Shown here piece by piece: positions 9,321 through 19,881 of a stretch of DNA of 64,000 nucleotides (position 1 is the first letter of the stretch; each line of letters opens with the position of its first letter). The stretch lies in NCBI RefSeq assembly GCF_905372525.1, contig NZ_CAJPPN010000005.1, positions 4,190 to 68,189 on the forward strand, given 5' to 3'. A program made the translations under genes and the position numbers. Source of the stretch: an uncultured Porphyromonas sp. (GTDB lineage: Bacteria > Bacteroidota > Bacteroidia > Bacteroidales > Porphyromonadaceae). The notes beneath the pieces were generated by a model. The model was not told the origin of the DNA, did no database searches, and was given only the letters and a program-made list of their open reading frames with translations.

Positions 9321-10640
9321 ATGACGTACCTATTCCTTGCTCTATTGGTATTAGCCCTCATCGCTCTCTTCACCCTTTACCAGCGTTACCAGGCTACCCT
9401 TCGTCTGCTGACGCAGGCCGAGACGCAGGTGGGGCAGACCGAGAGTCTCCTACAGGTGACCTCAGCCCAGCTCTCCTCGGCACAGCGTGCCCGAGAGGAG
9501 GCTCTACTCGAGCGTGCTGGCTATCAGGCTCAGCTCGCCTCGCTCGAGCGTCAGCTCCAGGAGCTGCGAGAGCAGAAGGCGACACTCACCCAGGAGCTAC
9601 GGGAGAGCTTCCAGTCGGTAGCCACGGAGATCATCCGTGAGCGTACCCAAGATCTCAATGAGCGTACCGAGGCGACGCTCAAGCCACTGCGTGAGGATCT
9701 GCAGCGCTTCGGCCGGCAGGTCACGGAGACCTATCAGGAGGAGTCTCGTGAGCGCTTCTCTCTAAAGAATGAAATTAAGAACCTCGTGGAGCGTAGCCAG
9801 GCGATCAGTGAGGAGACGACCAACCTCACCCGTGCCCTTCGTGGTGATAGCAAGGTGCAGGGGGACTGGGGCGAGATGATCCTAGAGCGTATCCTAGAGC
9901 GGAGTGGTCTGAGGAGGGGCGAGGAATACTTCGTCCAAGAGACCCTGCGTGATGAGTCGGGCAGACTGATAACGACTGAGGATAATCGTGGTGGGCTCCG
10001 TCCTGACGTGATCGTCCGTTACCCCAATAGTGGTGCTATGGTGATCGATAGCAAGGTCTCCCTCACAGCCTATAGTCGCTACCTGTCTGCTGATACCGAC
10101 GAGGTCCGTGCTATCGCGCTCAGGGAGCACCTACAGAGTATCCGTAAGCATATAGATGAGCTCTCGAGGAAGAAGTACGAGGAGCATGTGTTGGGAGCCG
10201 CTAACTTCGTCATGCTCTTCATCCCTAACGAGCCAGCCTACAGCCTTGCCCTAAGCCACGAGCCGAACCTATGGGAGGAGGCCTATGCCAAGAATGTCGT
10301 CCTCATCAATGGCACAAACCTCATCGCTGCCCTTAGGATGGCGCAGGATATGTGGCAGCGGGAACGACAGGAGCGGAATATACGGCTGATCCTGGAGAAG
10401 GCTACGGGGCTATACGATCAGTTTGCCCTCTTCACCAAGACCTTTGTCAAGGTCGGAGAGCGTCTCCAGGCGGCGAAGGAAGACTTCGATAAAGCACAGG
10501 GACAGCTCTCCGAAGGGAGAGGTAACCTCGTGCGCCGTGTGGAGCAGCTCAAGGAACTTGGGGTCAAGACGAATAAGACAATCTCTACAAAGCTCCTCTC
10601 TGAGGAAGATATACTGCCTCAGGAGCACCCTGAGGCGTAG
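9321..10640 (+). CDS. rmuC: DNA recombination protein RmuC
   Basis: N-terminal TM, long coiled coil, QGDWGEMILE, RPDV...IDSK nuclease-like motif, MLFIPNE. Confidence 0.92.
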   Translation: MTYLFLALLVLALIALFTLYQRYQATLRLLTQAETQVGQTESLLQVTSAQLSSAQRAREEALLERAGYQAQLASLERQLQELREQKATLTQELRESFQSVATEIIRERTQDLNERTEATLKPLREDLQRFGRQVTETYQEESRERFSLKNEIKNLVERSQAISEETTNLTRALRGDSKVQGDWGEMILERILERSGLRRGEEYFVQETLRDESGRLITTEDNRGGLRPDVIVRYPNSGAMVIDSKVSLTAYSRYLSADTDEVRAIALREHLQSIRKHIDELSRKKYEEHVLGAANFVMLFIPNEPAYSLALSHEPNLWEEAYAKNVVLINGTNLIAALRMAQDMWQRERQERNIRLILEKATGLYDQFALFTKTFVKVGERLQAAKEDFDKAQGQLSEGRGNLVRRVEQLKELGVKTNKTISTKLLSEEDILPQEHPEA

Positions 10641-10819
10641 AGTGGCTCCCCGGATACATGTGCTGAGAGGGTAGAGAGTGCCAGTAAAGTCCCCTATAGG
10701 ATGAGCCTGATGGGTATCGCCGGGGTTATAGATTTTAATGTATCTTTGTCGTAGGATCTTTGTTCGTCATCCATGGCAAAGTCCGTATAAGTCTCACCAC
10801 CTAATAAACCTAATGTAAG

Positions 10820-11320
10820 ATGGCTCTATTTGATAAGCTGAAGAAGTCTACCCCAGACTTTGATCCCAAGGAAGTCCTTCCCTCCATCCTAGAGGCACTA
10901 GGCAAGGAAGGGTATCGCCCTGAGCAGGATAATGATATTCGCATCGTATACAAGAATGAGGGCATATACTTCTGTCTCTACTATAGGACGGAGGACCCAG
11001 AGTTCCTGATGGTACGTGCTACCTTTGAGCGTGCCGCCTTTGACGATGTCCCAGAGCCTATCCTCTACAAGGCATGTGCTGCGACGGACTATGACCAGAA
11101 GGTCAGCAAGGCCTATATCGATGACGAGGGGGATATCGTCTTCTCTGTAGAGACCTTCCTCTTCCCAGGCACACCAGTCACAAAGCTCGCCCTGCGAATG
11201 AATGACGCTCTCGGCTCTACGATCGCCTTCTTCCACCGTACGCTGAAGGATATGACGGGCAAGGGCGAGAGTAGCGAGGAGAGTACCTCCCAGAGCTCTG
11301 GAGGCGAGCTAGCCAACTAG
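10820..11320 (+). CDS. Hypothetical protein, YbjN/T3SS-chaperone-like domain likely
   Basis: GYRP..D, alpha/beta pattern and KAYIDDEGD resemble the YbjN family; own -7 box TATCTTTG at 10741. Confidence 0.55.
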   Translation: MALFDKLKKSTPDFDPKEVLPSILEALGKEGYRPEQDNDIRIVYKNEGIYFCLYYRTEDPEFLMVRATFERAAFDDVPEPILYKACAATDYDQKVSKAYIDDEGDIVFSVETFLFPGTPVTKLALRMNDALGSTIAFFHRTLKDMTGKGESSEESTSQSSGGELAN

Positions 11321-11368
11321 CCTCCCCTCCCTCGGAGCACCCGCTCCGATCCAGCGCAAAGACCCTAA

Positions 11369-11406
11369 GAGACCACCCCGAGAGCCTATACTCTCAGGGT
11401 GGTCTC
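11369..11406 (+). terminator. Stem-loop downstream of the 10820 gene
   Basis: GAGACCACCC-GAGAG / CTCTC-GGGTGGTCTC inverted repeat; weak U-tract. Confidence 0.5.
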
Positions 11407-11607
11407 CTGCGTTGTATGGTTGGGGGAAGGTGTGTCTGTCTGACTGCTGAGCTGGGTGTCTCCTGCCAGCATGACAGTAGGGGAGAGCTGGTAGGGTGTT
11501 TGCAATATGTTACAAAAAAGCTAACTTTACATAGACAAATGATCTATTGATCTAGGTAAAGTGAGACATTAAGATAGAGTATAGAACTTAATAAGACGAT
11601 ACGAGCT

Positions 11608-12834
11608 ATGAATGCAGTAAAGATGTTGCTCCTGATCGGGGCAGGCCTCCTGTGGGTACCTACAGCCTACGCACAGAAGGATGATAAGTATCTCGATGAT
11701 GCCTACTATCGTCGTAGCGATATAGAGAAGCTCGACCAAGAGGCTAGGCGCAAGGCTGAGCTCCGAGCTGCCGCCGCCCGTGCCGAGCGTGAGGCCTGGC
11801 AGAAGGAGCAGGCTGAGCTCATCGCTAAGTACAAGAAGAGAAAGGCCGACCGAGAGATAGATGCCTACAATGGCCGCTTGAGTGAGAACGACACCATCGA
11901 GCTCACCGAGGCAGAGCTAGCCGAGCTCCTAGCCGCACAGCGTCGCCGAGGTGATGGTCAGGGCGAGCCTCAGGTCTACGGCCCCTACTCCTCACGCCTC
12001 TCCCGCTTCTATGGTAGTGGCTCTACGGTCATCAGTGGTGCACGACGTGTCTACATAGATGCAGACCCCTGGTACAACGACCTCGACTACCGTACCTCCG
12101 GTGGCGATGTCTATGTGACGATCGGGGGACGTAGCCCCTACTGGGGCAGTAGCTGGGGCTGGGGCTCACGTGTGGGCTGGGGCTCTTGGTATGACTATCC
12201 CTATTCCTGGTACGACTCCTATTACTATCCCAACTACTGGAGGGGGAGCTACTGGGGCTATCCTCGCCACTATGGATACTATGGGGGGTATTACGATCCC
12301 TACTATTACTACTCGGGCTACTATGGCGGGTATTATAATGGGTACTACAATGGGTACTACGGCTACTACGGTGGCTACTATGACTACTACTCGCCCTACT
12401 ACTATGGCTATGCAGCAGGGGCTGCTACCCGTGCCTACAATGAGCACTACTACAACAACCCCTACTCCCATGGAGCTTACTCCCGGGGAGCCTATAGCCG
12501 CTACACGGGTCGTAGCTCCTATGAGGCATATAGCTCCGTACGTGATGGCTATGGCTCCTATGAGCGTATGAACAATGGTAGCTATAATAATCAGGGGACA
12601 CGTAGCCTCTACGACAACGATGCCTATAGCCGTGGCCAGAGCTACCAGCAGTACCCTGCACGCAGCTATGACCGAGCTCCTGCACGTAGCTACGATAGGA
12701 GCTACGACAGTGGTGTGAGCTCTACGCCCCGCTCCTACGACCGCTCCTCTTCCTCATCCTCCTCTTCGTACGAGTCGCAGGGTAACAGAGGGACAGGCAA
12801 TGGAGCCTATAGCGCACCTGCTCGTAGACGCTAG
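11608..12834 (+). CDS. Secreted protein with Tyr/Gly/Trp-rich and Ser/Arg-rich low-complexity regions
   Basis: Signal peptide ending AYA|Q, DDAYY motif, coiled coil, YSSRLSRF, long YYG/WG tract. Confidence 0.75.
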   Translation: MNAVKMLLLIGAGLLWVPTAYAQKDDKYLDDAYYRRSDIEKLDQEARRKAELRAAAARAEREAWQKEQAELIAKYKKRKADREIDAYNGRLSENDTIELTEAELAELLAAQRRRGDGQGEPQVYGPYSSRLSRFYGSGSTVISGARRVYIDADPWYNDLDYRTSGGDVYVTIGGRSPYWGSSWGWGSRVGWGSWYDYPYSWYDSYYYPNYWRGSYWGYPRHYGYYGGYYDPYYYYSGYYGGYYNGYYNGYYGYYGGYYDYYSPYYYGYAAGAATRAYNEHYYNNPYSHGAYSRGAYSRYTGRSSYEAYSSVRDGYGSYERMNNGSYNNQGTRSLYDNDAYSRGQSYQQYPARSYDRAPARSYDRSYDSGVSSTPRSYDRSSSSSSSSYESQGNRGTGNGAYSAPARRR

Positions 12835-12953
12835 GTGACGAGCTCCGTATACCCTATTTATCTTACACTCGATCATCCCCATCCCCCATCCCCTCCTATG
12901 AGAGGGGGGCTGGGGATGCTTGGGTCTACTCACTATGAATACGATATAAGGAT

Positions 12954-14672
12954 ATGATAAAGAACCTTCATAGGCAGGTGGTCCTAGGGGTATTAGCCCT
13001 TAGTCTACTGCCTCTATCTCTGGCTGCCCAGAGCGAGATGACCGCTGTGGGTCTAGCCTCGGCGAGTGAGTACTCTGGCTCTGCTCGCTTTACAGCCCTC
13101 TCTGGGGCTATGGGAGCTATCGGGGTCGAGGCCTCTTCGTTGGTCCGCAACCCCGCTGGTATCGCTCTCCTGCGTGGCGGGAATAGGATGACACTCACCC
13201 TCGGAGCCTTCTTCCCTAGCTATAGCCAGACCTGGTATGGACAGAAGAGTACCACCTCGGGGGAAAACCGCTATCCCCTGCAGGAGTTTGCCTACCAGAA
13301 GGGTACTGATGTCGCCAATGGTGGGCGGATAGCCTTTGCCTTCGCTGTACGCCGTGCGGGGAGCTTTGATCATACGATCTCTGGTATCACCGCTCGCCTA
13401 GACCACAAGCACTCCTCACTGGCAGACTATATGGCTGCGATGACGAACAACTCAGAGTATGACAAGAGTCGTGCAGCAGGTGAGGCGCTGGGGCTCTCGC
13501 ATGGGACCCTAGGAGCAAGCGATGCCTTTAGTAAGAGTGATATTCTCTGGGGATCGATCTTTGGCTTCCAGGGGGGATGGATGACCTCCAAGGATCCTAG
13601 GGGAGGCTATTATTACTCCAACTTTACCTACGATGATCATGGAGCCTACTCCGCTAACGGGCTCGTCGAGGGGGCGGGTAGCGCTGATCTCACTCTACGG
13701 GAGAAGGGGAATATCATCGACTACGATTTTGCCCTTGGCTTTGAGCCCAGCAGTACGGTGCACCTAGGTGCTGTGCTGACCTACTCCTCCCTAGACTACG
13801 AGTCGTATCTCGGCTATAGGGACTCCTTCAGAGGGACGGACTTCCTCATGCTCAGGACTCAGCGTAGTATCTCGGGGAGTGGCTTCCGTGTCGGATTTGG
13901 GGCTATCGTGGAGCCAGTAGAGGGACTGCGCCTCGGGGCTTCGGTCTATACCCCTACGTTCTATGCGCTCAAGTCAGACTTCTATGTCATGGCGTCCTCA
14001 AGCATCAATGGCAAGGCTAAGAACGTCAAAAGCCCCTCCTCCGCAGCTACAGCCTTCCTGCTACGTACCCCTTGGCGCTTTGGCCTGAATGGAGCCTACG
14101 TCTTCGGGCGCAGTGCTATCCTCAGTGTGGACTATGAGTACTCCGCACTCAGTGGTACTCGCCTAGCGGAGGAGGACGAGGAGAGCTCTGATAGGTCAAA
14201 ATATGCGCTGGATAATCAGCGTGTCAAGGATCACTTCTCTGGGGTGCATACCCTACGGACAGGTCTGGAGGTGATGGCTACCCCTCGTCTAGCTCTGCGT
14301 GGGGGCTATCGCTATAGCTCCTCTCCCGTACGTAGCTCCTTCGTACGTGGAAATGACTACGCTGCCTCAGAGGCCTTCGTCTCGGGGATGCACACGAGCT
14401 ACACGCTACCAGGGACAACGAATGCATTCTCTGCAGGTCTTGGCTATCGTATCACCCCCTCGGTCTCCCTAGACCTAGCGTATGTATACGGAGTCCAGAC
14501 GTCGCGTACCTTTGCCTATCCCTATATCAAGGACTATGGTCCTGTACTTGACCAGACCAATCCTGATGTGCAGAGTGGCAAGATCAAGCCTGAGGATCTG
14601 GATGGCCTAGCTGCTATCAAGGAGACAAAGACCTCGCATAGAGCGGTCGCTACACTCTCCTTCCGTTTCTAG
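12954..14672 (+). CDS. OmpP1/FadL-family outer-membrane beta-barrel
   Basis: Signal peptide, GSARFTALSGAMGAIG...NPAGI hatch motif, amphipathic strands, C-terminal FRF. Confidence 0.85.
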   Translation: MIKNLHRQVVLGVLALSLLPLSLAAQSEMTAVGLASASEYSGSARFTALSGAMGAIGVEASSLVRNPAGIALLRGGNRMTLTLGAFFPSYSQTWYGQKSTTSGENRYPLQEFAYQKGTDVANGGRIAFAFAVRRAGSFDHTISGITARLDHKHSSLADYMAAMTNNSEYDKSRAAGEALGLSHGTLGASDAFSKSDILWGSIFGFQGGWMTSKDPRGGYYYSNFTYDDHGAYSANGLVEGAGSADLTLREKGNIIDYDFALGFEPSSTVHLGAVLTYSSLDYESYLGYRDSFRGTDFLMLRTQRSISGSGFRVGFGAIVEPVEGLRLGASVYTPTFYALKSDFYVMASSSINGKAKNVKSPSSAATAFLLRTPWRFGLNGAYVFGRSAILSVDYEYSALSGTRLAEEDEESSDRSKYALDNQRVKDHFSGVHTLRTGLEVMATPRLALRGGYRYSSSPVRSSFVRGNDYAASEAFVSGMHTSYTLPGTTNAFSAGLGYRITPSVSLDLAYVYGVQTSRTFAYPYIKDYGPVLDQTNPDVQSGKIKPEDLDGLAAIKETKTSHRAVATLSFRF

Positions 14673-14786
14673 GAGCGTATTTTTCGTACCTTTGTCCTGT
14701 GTCCCTCTCGGGGAGGTATTCTCCCTAGGGGATACAGGACAATTCGTTCATGATACAAACAATCTAAACTTAAACGATCAAGACTT

Positions 14787-15506
14787 ATGGATAACTCCCA
14801 GTTCCCCTCTCAGGGGCAGTCCGTAGATGAGTTCTACGGCGTGGGGCATGACTCGCTCGTGCAGCGCATCGTGCAGCGTACCTTCCTATGGATGACTCTT
14901 GGGCTAGCGATCACTGGTCTGGCCTCGGTCTACACGGTCGATAGTGGGCTCGTCTTCAGAATGATCGGGAGCAATAGCTTCTACTTCCTGCTCATTGCAG
15001 AGATCGCCCTTGTGTGGATCCTATCGGCACGCGTGATGAAGCTGAGCCTACCTGTAGCGACTGGAGCCTTCGCTCTGTACTCAGTACTCAATGGGGTCAC
15101 ACTAAGCCCCATCTTCCTCGTCTATACGAGTGAGTCAATTGCTACGACCTTCTTCGTGACCTCTGGTACCTTCGGTGCTATGGCGCTCTACGGCTACTTC
15201 ACAAAGAGAGACCTGACGAAGTGGGGAAGCCTCCTCTTCATGGTACTCATCGGCGTCGTTATCGCTACGCTGGTGAACCTCTTCCTGAAGTCTGAGACTC
15301 TGATGTGGATCATCACCTACGTCGGTGTCGTCCTCTTCGTGGCACTCACTGCCTACGACACACAGAAGGTAAAGCTCCTGGCCAACGAAACCAAGCACGA
15401 TGTAGAGCTCTCCAAGAAGGCTTCGCTCCTCGGGGCACTCACACTCTATCTGGACTTCATCAACCTCTTCCTCTATCTCCTGCGCTTCTTCGGACGTCGC
15501 AACTAG
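14787..15506 (+). CDS. Bax inhibitor-1/YccA family membrane protein
   Basis: Seven TM segments, LTAYDTQK and GALTLYLDFINLF motifs; -7 box TACCTTTG at 14687. Confidence 0.92.
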   Translation: MDNSQFPSQGQSVDEFYGVGHDSLVQRIVQRTFLWMTLGLAITGLASVYTVDSGLVFRMIGSNSFYFLLIAEIALVWILSARVMKLSLPVATGAFALYSVLNGVTLSPIFLVYTSESIATTFFVTSGTFGAMALYGYFTKRDLTKWGSLLFMVLIGVVIATLVNLFLKSETLMWIITYVGVVLFVALTAYDTQKVKLLANETKHDVELSKKASLLGALTLYLDFINLFLYLLRFFGRRN

Positions 15507-15536
15507 GAGAGCGAGTATACCCATATTAGGGAGCAT

Positions 15537-15578
15537 TAGGGCTACACCTGAGAGGATCCTCCTCTAGGTGTAGCCCTA
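15537..15578 (+). terminator. Stem-loop after the YccA-family gene
   Basis: TAGGGCTACACCT...AGGTGTAGCCCTA inverted repeat. Confidence 0.6.
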
Positions 15579-15736
15579 TCGCTTATACTCGCTGATCTTG
15601 TCTACAGCTTCGGCGCTAGGCTCCACATGCCAAAGCCTATGTTATGGGTTATCCCAGCCCCTCGAGCTCTCTAGGGGTAACCGCATCCCATTACCCCGAG
15701 AGGCGTTCTAGGCTAGAGCCTGCATACGATATAGAG

Positions 15737-15780
15737 GATAGCCCCCAGCAGTCGTCATCGAGACACTGCTGGGGGCTGTC
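15737..15780 (-). terminator. Stem-loop after the GH20 gene
   Basis: GATAGCCCCCAGCAGT...ACTGCTGGGGGCTGTC inverted repeat 30 bp past the stop. Confidence 0.6.
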
Positions 15781-15810
15781 ATATCTATGCCCTATGTGGG
15801 GTGGGGAGCT

Positions 15811-18159
15811 CTAGTGAGCGAGCATATCGGCGGTCACGGTGGAGAACTTCCCGTCCTTGAGGTTGCGATACTCTACCTTGGCATCATCCCAGTAGGTGGG
15901 GAAGCCACCGCGTACGGTGCCGATGAAGATGAACTTCACCTTGTGCCAGCCTGCGCTGAGGGCACGGCTCTTGTCGTGGCGGCTAAACTTCGATACCTCG
16001 TCTGTATTGTCGATGAAGAGCTCTCCATCGAGATACATCTGATCGAGGTTGGTGGAGAAGACGTAGCATCCATCCTCAGGGATCTTGATATAGCCCTCTC
16101 CGACGACGGCCTTGCGCTGGATCTCATCCATGTGATTGGATACTCGGTCGGGACGGAGCTCCTGAGTCGTCAGGGCGACACCCTCTACCCAGTTGGTCAC
16201 ACCTGCGAGCTCTGAGGCTCGATAGTAGTCGCCGATAGAGGTCTGTGTGCATAGCCCTGGGGTAGGACTAGAGAGAGTGACTGCGGGGCTGTAGCTCTGC
16301 TTGTCGAAGGTGATGGCACGCACACGGCTGAGGCGTCCAGAGGGAAGGAGCGAAGCGACCTTGATGACCTGGCTCTCACGGACCTGGATAGGAGCCGTGT
16401 AGCGGGCGGACTTAGCAGTAGGTTCGCTCCCATCGGTCGTATATACGATCGTGATGGGGCGTGAGGTCTGTAGCGTCAGCGAGGTGGTATCGGTAAAGGC
16501 TACGAAATTCAGCGAAGCACTAGTCTTGCTCCCCGGCAGTGGTTGCTCGGGTAGAGGGATGTGATAGTTTACCTTGTGCTGATCTAGGCGACGATAGGCA
16601 TTGTCTAGTAGGCGGTGCTCAAAGCTCTTGTAGTCCTTGCGCTCCTGCGGAGTCCAGACAGCCTCAGCGAGTGCGATCTCTCGAGGGAAGGCACGATACT
16701 GCATGATGTCTGTCGTGTAGAGGTACTCTGCCCATAGGTTGGCCTGTGCGCCCTTGATGTGATGACGCTTGTCGGGGGCAATGGCGGCAGGGATAGGATT
16801 GTAGGAATAGATCTTCTCTAGGGGTGCGTAGCAGCAGATCGCTACAGGCTCTATCTTGGAGTCTCCCTGATAGTGGTCGATGTAGAGGCCTCCGCTACCC
16901 GGAGTCATGATCACGTCATGGCCCATATTGGCAGCCTTGATACCGCCATCTTCACCACGCCAACTCATCACCGTGGCGGAGGGGGCTAGTCCACCCTCTA
17001 GGATCTCATCCCAGCCGATGAGCTTCTTGCCGTACTTGGCGAGCATCTTCTGTGCACGGCGGATGGTGTAGCTCTGGAGCTCTTCTTCGTTCTTTAGCCC
17101 CTCTTCCTTGATACGGCGCTGACATTCTGGGCATTCCTTCCATCGGATCTTGGGACACTCGTCTCCACCGATATGGACATATTCTCCGGGGAATAGGGGG
17201 ATGACCTCGTCAAATACATCTTGGATGAACTGGAAGGTAGTCTCCTTCCCTGGGCAATAGACGTCCTGCTCGACGCCCCATAGGTTACGCACCTTGTAAA
17301 TACGACGGTAGGGGAAGCAGGTGAGCTCGGGATAAGAGGCTATGGCTCCCATCGCATGTCCAGGTAGCTCGATCTCGGGGACGATGGTGACGAAGCGGTC
17401 TGAGGCATACTTGACGATCTCGCGTATCTGATCCTGAGTGTAGAAGCCTCCGTAGACAGAGCCGTCACCCTCGATACGCTTGGAGCCCACTGTGGTTAGG
17501 CGAGGATACTTCTTGATCTCTATGCGCCAGCCTTGGTCCTCGGTGAGGTGCCAGTGAAGGCGGTTGATCTTAAACATTGAGAGTAGATCGATGTGCTTCT
17601 TCATCTCCTCTACGGTGAGGAAGTGGCGGCAGACGTCCACGAGCGCCCCTCTGTAGCCGAAGGCGGGCTCATCCTTGATCTTGACTGCGGGGATACGCCA
17701 TGTCACGCCTGCGACCTTGGTCGGCGACTCGATCGCTGGGGGGAGGAGCTGCAGTAGGGACTGCATCCCATAGTATAGTCCTTGTCCGGTGCGGCCTGTG
17801 ACGGTGACCCCCTGAGCATTTACCTCGAGGGTATACCCCTCGATGCCGAGGGGAAGCTTGGGATCGATACGCAGGGCGATGGCACCACGGCGTGCGGGTG
17901 CGCTACTAGCCTGTAGGGCAAAGCCAGTGCTACGGCTCAGCTTGTCTGCGAAGAAGCGGGCGATGGTGAGGGCTGAGTCTCCCTGAGCCACCAGTGGGGT
18001 ACGAGCCGTGAGGGTGAAGGTACCCTCACCCTCGATCAGCTCCTTGGGCTGGGGAATGATATTGACACGGGGGATAGGAATTCTCACGGTCAAGGCTGTG
18101 GCTGTCGTGCCACAGGCTAGAGCTAGGAGGCACATCAAGCTGAATAAGGACTTTCTCAT
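15811..18159 (-). CDS. Beta-N-acetylhexosaminidase (GH20) with C-terminal Fn3-associated and PA14-like domains
   Basis: DVCRHF, HWHLTEDQGWR, PEIELPGH, catalytic HIGGDE, GWDEI, YTTDGSEP; signal peptide. Confidence 0.93.
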   Translation of the reverse strand: MRKSLFSLMCLLALACGTTATALTVRIPIPRVNIIPQPKELIEGEGTFTLTARTPLVAQGDSALTIARFFADKLSRSTGFALQASSAPARRGAIALRIDPKLPLGIEGYTLEVNAQGVTVTGRTGQGLYYGMQSLLQLLPPAIESPTKVAGVTWRIPAVKIKDEPAFGYRGALVDVCRHFLTVEEMKKHIDLLSMFKINRLHWHLTEDQGWRIEIKKYPRLTTVGSKRIEGDGSVYGGFYTQDQIREIVKYASDRFVTIVPEIELPGHAMGAIASYPELTCFPYRRIYKVRNLWGVEQDVYCPGKETTFQFIQDVFDEVIPLFPGEYVHIGGDECPKIRWKECPECQRRIKEEGLKNEEELQSYTIRRAQKMLAKYGKKLIGWDEILEGGLAPSATVMSWRGEDGGIKAANMGHDVIMTPGSGGLYIDHYQGDSKIEPVAICCYAPLEKIYSYNPIPAAIAPDKRHHIKGAQANLWAEYLYTTDIMQYRAFPREIALAEAVWTPQERKDYKSFEHRLLDNAYRRLDQHKVNYHIPLPEQPLPGSKTSASLNFVAFTDTTSLTLQTSRPITIVYTTDGSEPTAKSARYTAPIQVRESQVIKVASLLPSGRLSRVRAITFDKQSYSPAVTLSSPTPGLCTQTSIGDYYRASELAGVTNWVEGVALTTQELRPDRVSNHMDEIQRKAVVGEGYIKIPEDGCYVFSTNLDQMYLDGELFIDNTDEVSKFSRHDKSRALSAGWHKVKFIFIGTVRGGFPTYWDDAKVEYRNLKDGKFSTVTADMLAH

Positions 18160-18191
18160 GCTGTTTGTTTAGATATATCTAAATAGGAAGA

Positions 18192-18233
18192 GTCCGAAGC
18201 TCCCCCTCGGCAGTCGGAGGGGGAGCTTCGGAC
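18192..18233 (-). terminator. Stem-loop between glyA and the GH20 gene
   Basis: GTCCGAAGCTCCCCCTC...GAGGGGGAGCTTCGGAC perfect 17-bp inverted repeat. Confidence 0.65.
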
Positions 18234-18305
18234 GGATTGTCGTTAGGTGTCTGCTGAGGAGCCCTGGATGGGTGGGCTGATCCTAAGCATAGCCATGGTG
18301 AGCTA

Positions 18306-19583
18306 CTAGTAAGCGAAGATAGGATACTGGAGCATCAGTTCATTGACCTCCTTGCGTACGGCTGCGATGACAGCTTCGTCCTCAGGTGCAGAGAGGACAC
18401 GGTCGATCAGGGAGACGATGTATTCCATCTTGTCCTCCTTCACCCCACGGGTCGTGATAGCGGGGGTACCGACGCGGATCCCTGAGGTCTGGAAGGCGGA
18501 GCGGCTATCGAAGGGTACCATGTTCTTATTGACCGTGATGTCGGCAGAGACGAGAGCCTTCTCGGCTACCTTACCTGTCAGGTCAGGGAACTTACCCCTT
18601 AGGTCGATGAGCATACAGTGGTTGTCTGTACCGCCTGAGATGACTCCGTAGCCACGGCGTACGAAGGCGTCGGCCATAGCCTGAGCGTTCTTCTTGACCT
18701 GCTTGCCGTATTCCTTGAAGGAGGGCTGGAGGGCTTCATAGAAGGCGACGGCCTTAGCAGCGATCACGTGCTCTAGTGGACCACCCTGTACCCCGGGGAA
18801 GACGGCGGAGTCGAGTAGGGCAGACATCTTCTTGATCTCGCCCTTGGGGGTCTTCTTGCCCCATGGGTTGTCGAAGTCCTTGCCCATGAGGATAATCCCA
18901 CCGCGTGGGCCGCGTAGGGTCTTGTGTGTCGTCGAGGTGACGATATGGGCGTACTTTACGGGGTTCTCAAGTAGGCCAGCAGCGATGAGGCCTGCGGGGT
19001 GTGCCATATCGACGAGGAAGATAGCACCGACCTTGTCAGCGATAGCACGGATACGGGCGTAGTCCCACTCACGGGAGTAGGCCGATCCCCCAGCGATGAT
19101 GAGCTTGGGCTTGTGTTCGAGGGCACGCTGCTCCATCTGATCATAGTCTACACGGCCGTTGTCCTCACGTACATTGTACTCGACGGGGTGATAGAGTAGA
19201 CCTGAGCTATTGACGGGCGACCCATGAGAGAGGTGACCACCATGGGCTAGGTTGAGCCCCATGAAGGTATCCCCTGGCTCGAGACAAGCAAGGAGTACAG
19301 CCATATTGGCCTGTGCCCCAGAGTGTGGCTGTACGTTAGCCCATTCAGCACCGAAGAGCTGCTTGACACGGTCGATAGCTAGCTGCTCAGACTGGTCTAC
19401 TACCTCGCAGCCCCCGTAGTAACGCTTACCTGGGTAGCCTTCAGCGTACTTGTTGGTCATACAGCTACCCATAGCCTTCATGACCTCTTCGCTGACGAAG
19501 TTCTCCGAGGCAATGAGTTCAATGCCCTTGAGCTGACGCTGGCGTTCTTCCTCGATGAGGTTAAAGATCGCGGAATCGTTCAT
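18306..19583 (-). CDS. glyA: Serine hydroxymethyltransferase
   Basis: [32 protein letters not shown] lysine motif [12 protein letters not shown]. Confidence 0.98.
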   Translation of the reverse strand: MNDSAIFNLIEEERQRQLKGIELIASENFVSEEVMKAMGSCMTNKYAEGYPGKRYYGGCEVVDQSEQLAIDRVKQLFGAEWANVQPHSGAQANMAVLLACLEPGDTFMGLNLAHGGHLSHGSPVNSSGLLYHPVEYNVREDNGRVDYDQMEQRALEHKPKLIIAGGSAYSREWDYARIRAIADKVGAIFLVDMAHPAGLIAAGLLENPVKYAHIVTSTTHKTLRGPRGGIILMGKDFDNPWGKKTPKGEIKKMSALLDSAVFPGVQGGPLEHVIAAKAVAFYEALQPSFKEYGKQVKKNAQAMADAFVRRGYGVISGGTDNHCMLIDLRGKFPDLTGKVAEKALVSADITVNKNMVPFDSRSAFQTSGIRVGTPAITTRGVKEDKMEYIVSLIDRVLSAPEDEAVIAAVRKEVNELMLQYPIFAY

Positions 19584-19881
19584 AGTTTGTGTGATGTTAT
19601 TTGTTTGTTGCTTGAGGAGCCAGGCTCTCTTGCCTAGACTTCTAGGGCAAAGGTACTAATTGTCTACTGAATTCCCTAGCATATGTACAATTATATTAGT
19701 TGCCATCAGATCACCACCTCCCAGATAGCTCCTGAGCCCCTCCCGACGAAGTCCTTGATAGGGATCAGTCGAGAGGGGCTCAGAGCCGATATATGTGCTA
19801 GGATAGGCCTACCTAATAGGGACTTAGGGTATACTGGCTATCCCATACAGCGGGCTACACGACGAGTGCTGGGGCGTAGCT

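Noticed and set aside
12170..12571. Thr/Met-rich overlapping ORF and antisense Val-rich ORF
   Set aside because: Frame-shifted shadows of the TAC/TAT/GGC-rich low-complexity tract in 11608-12834
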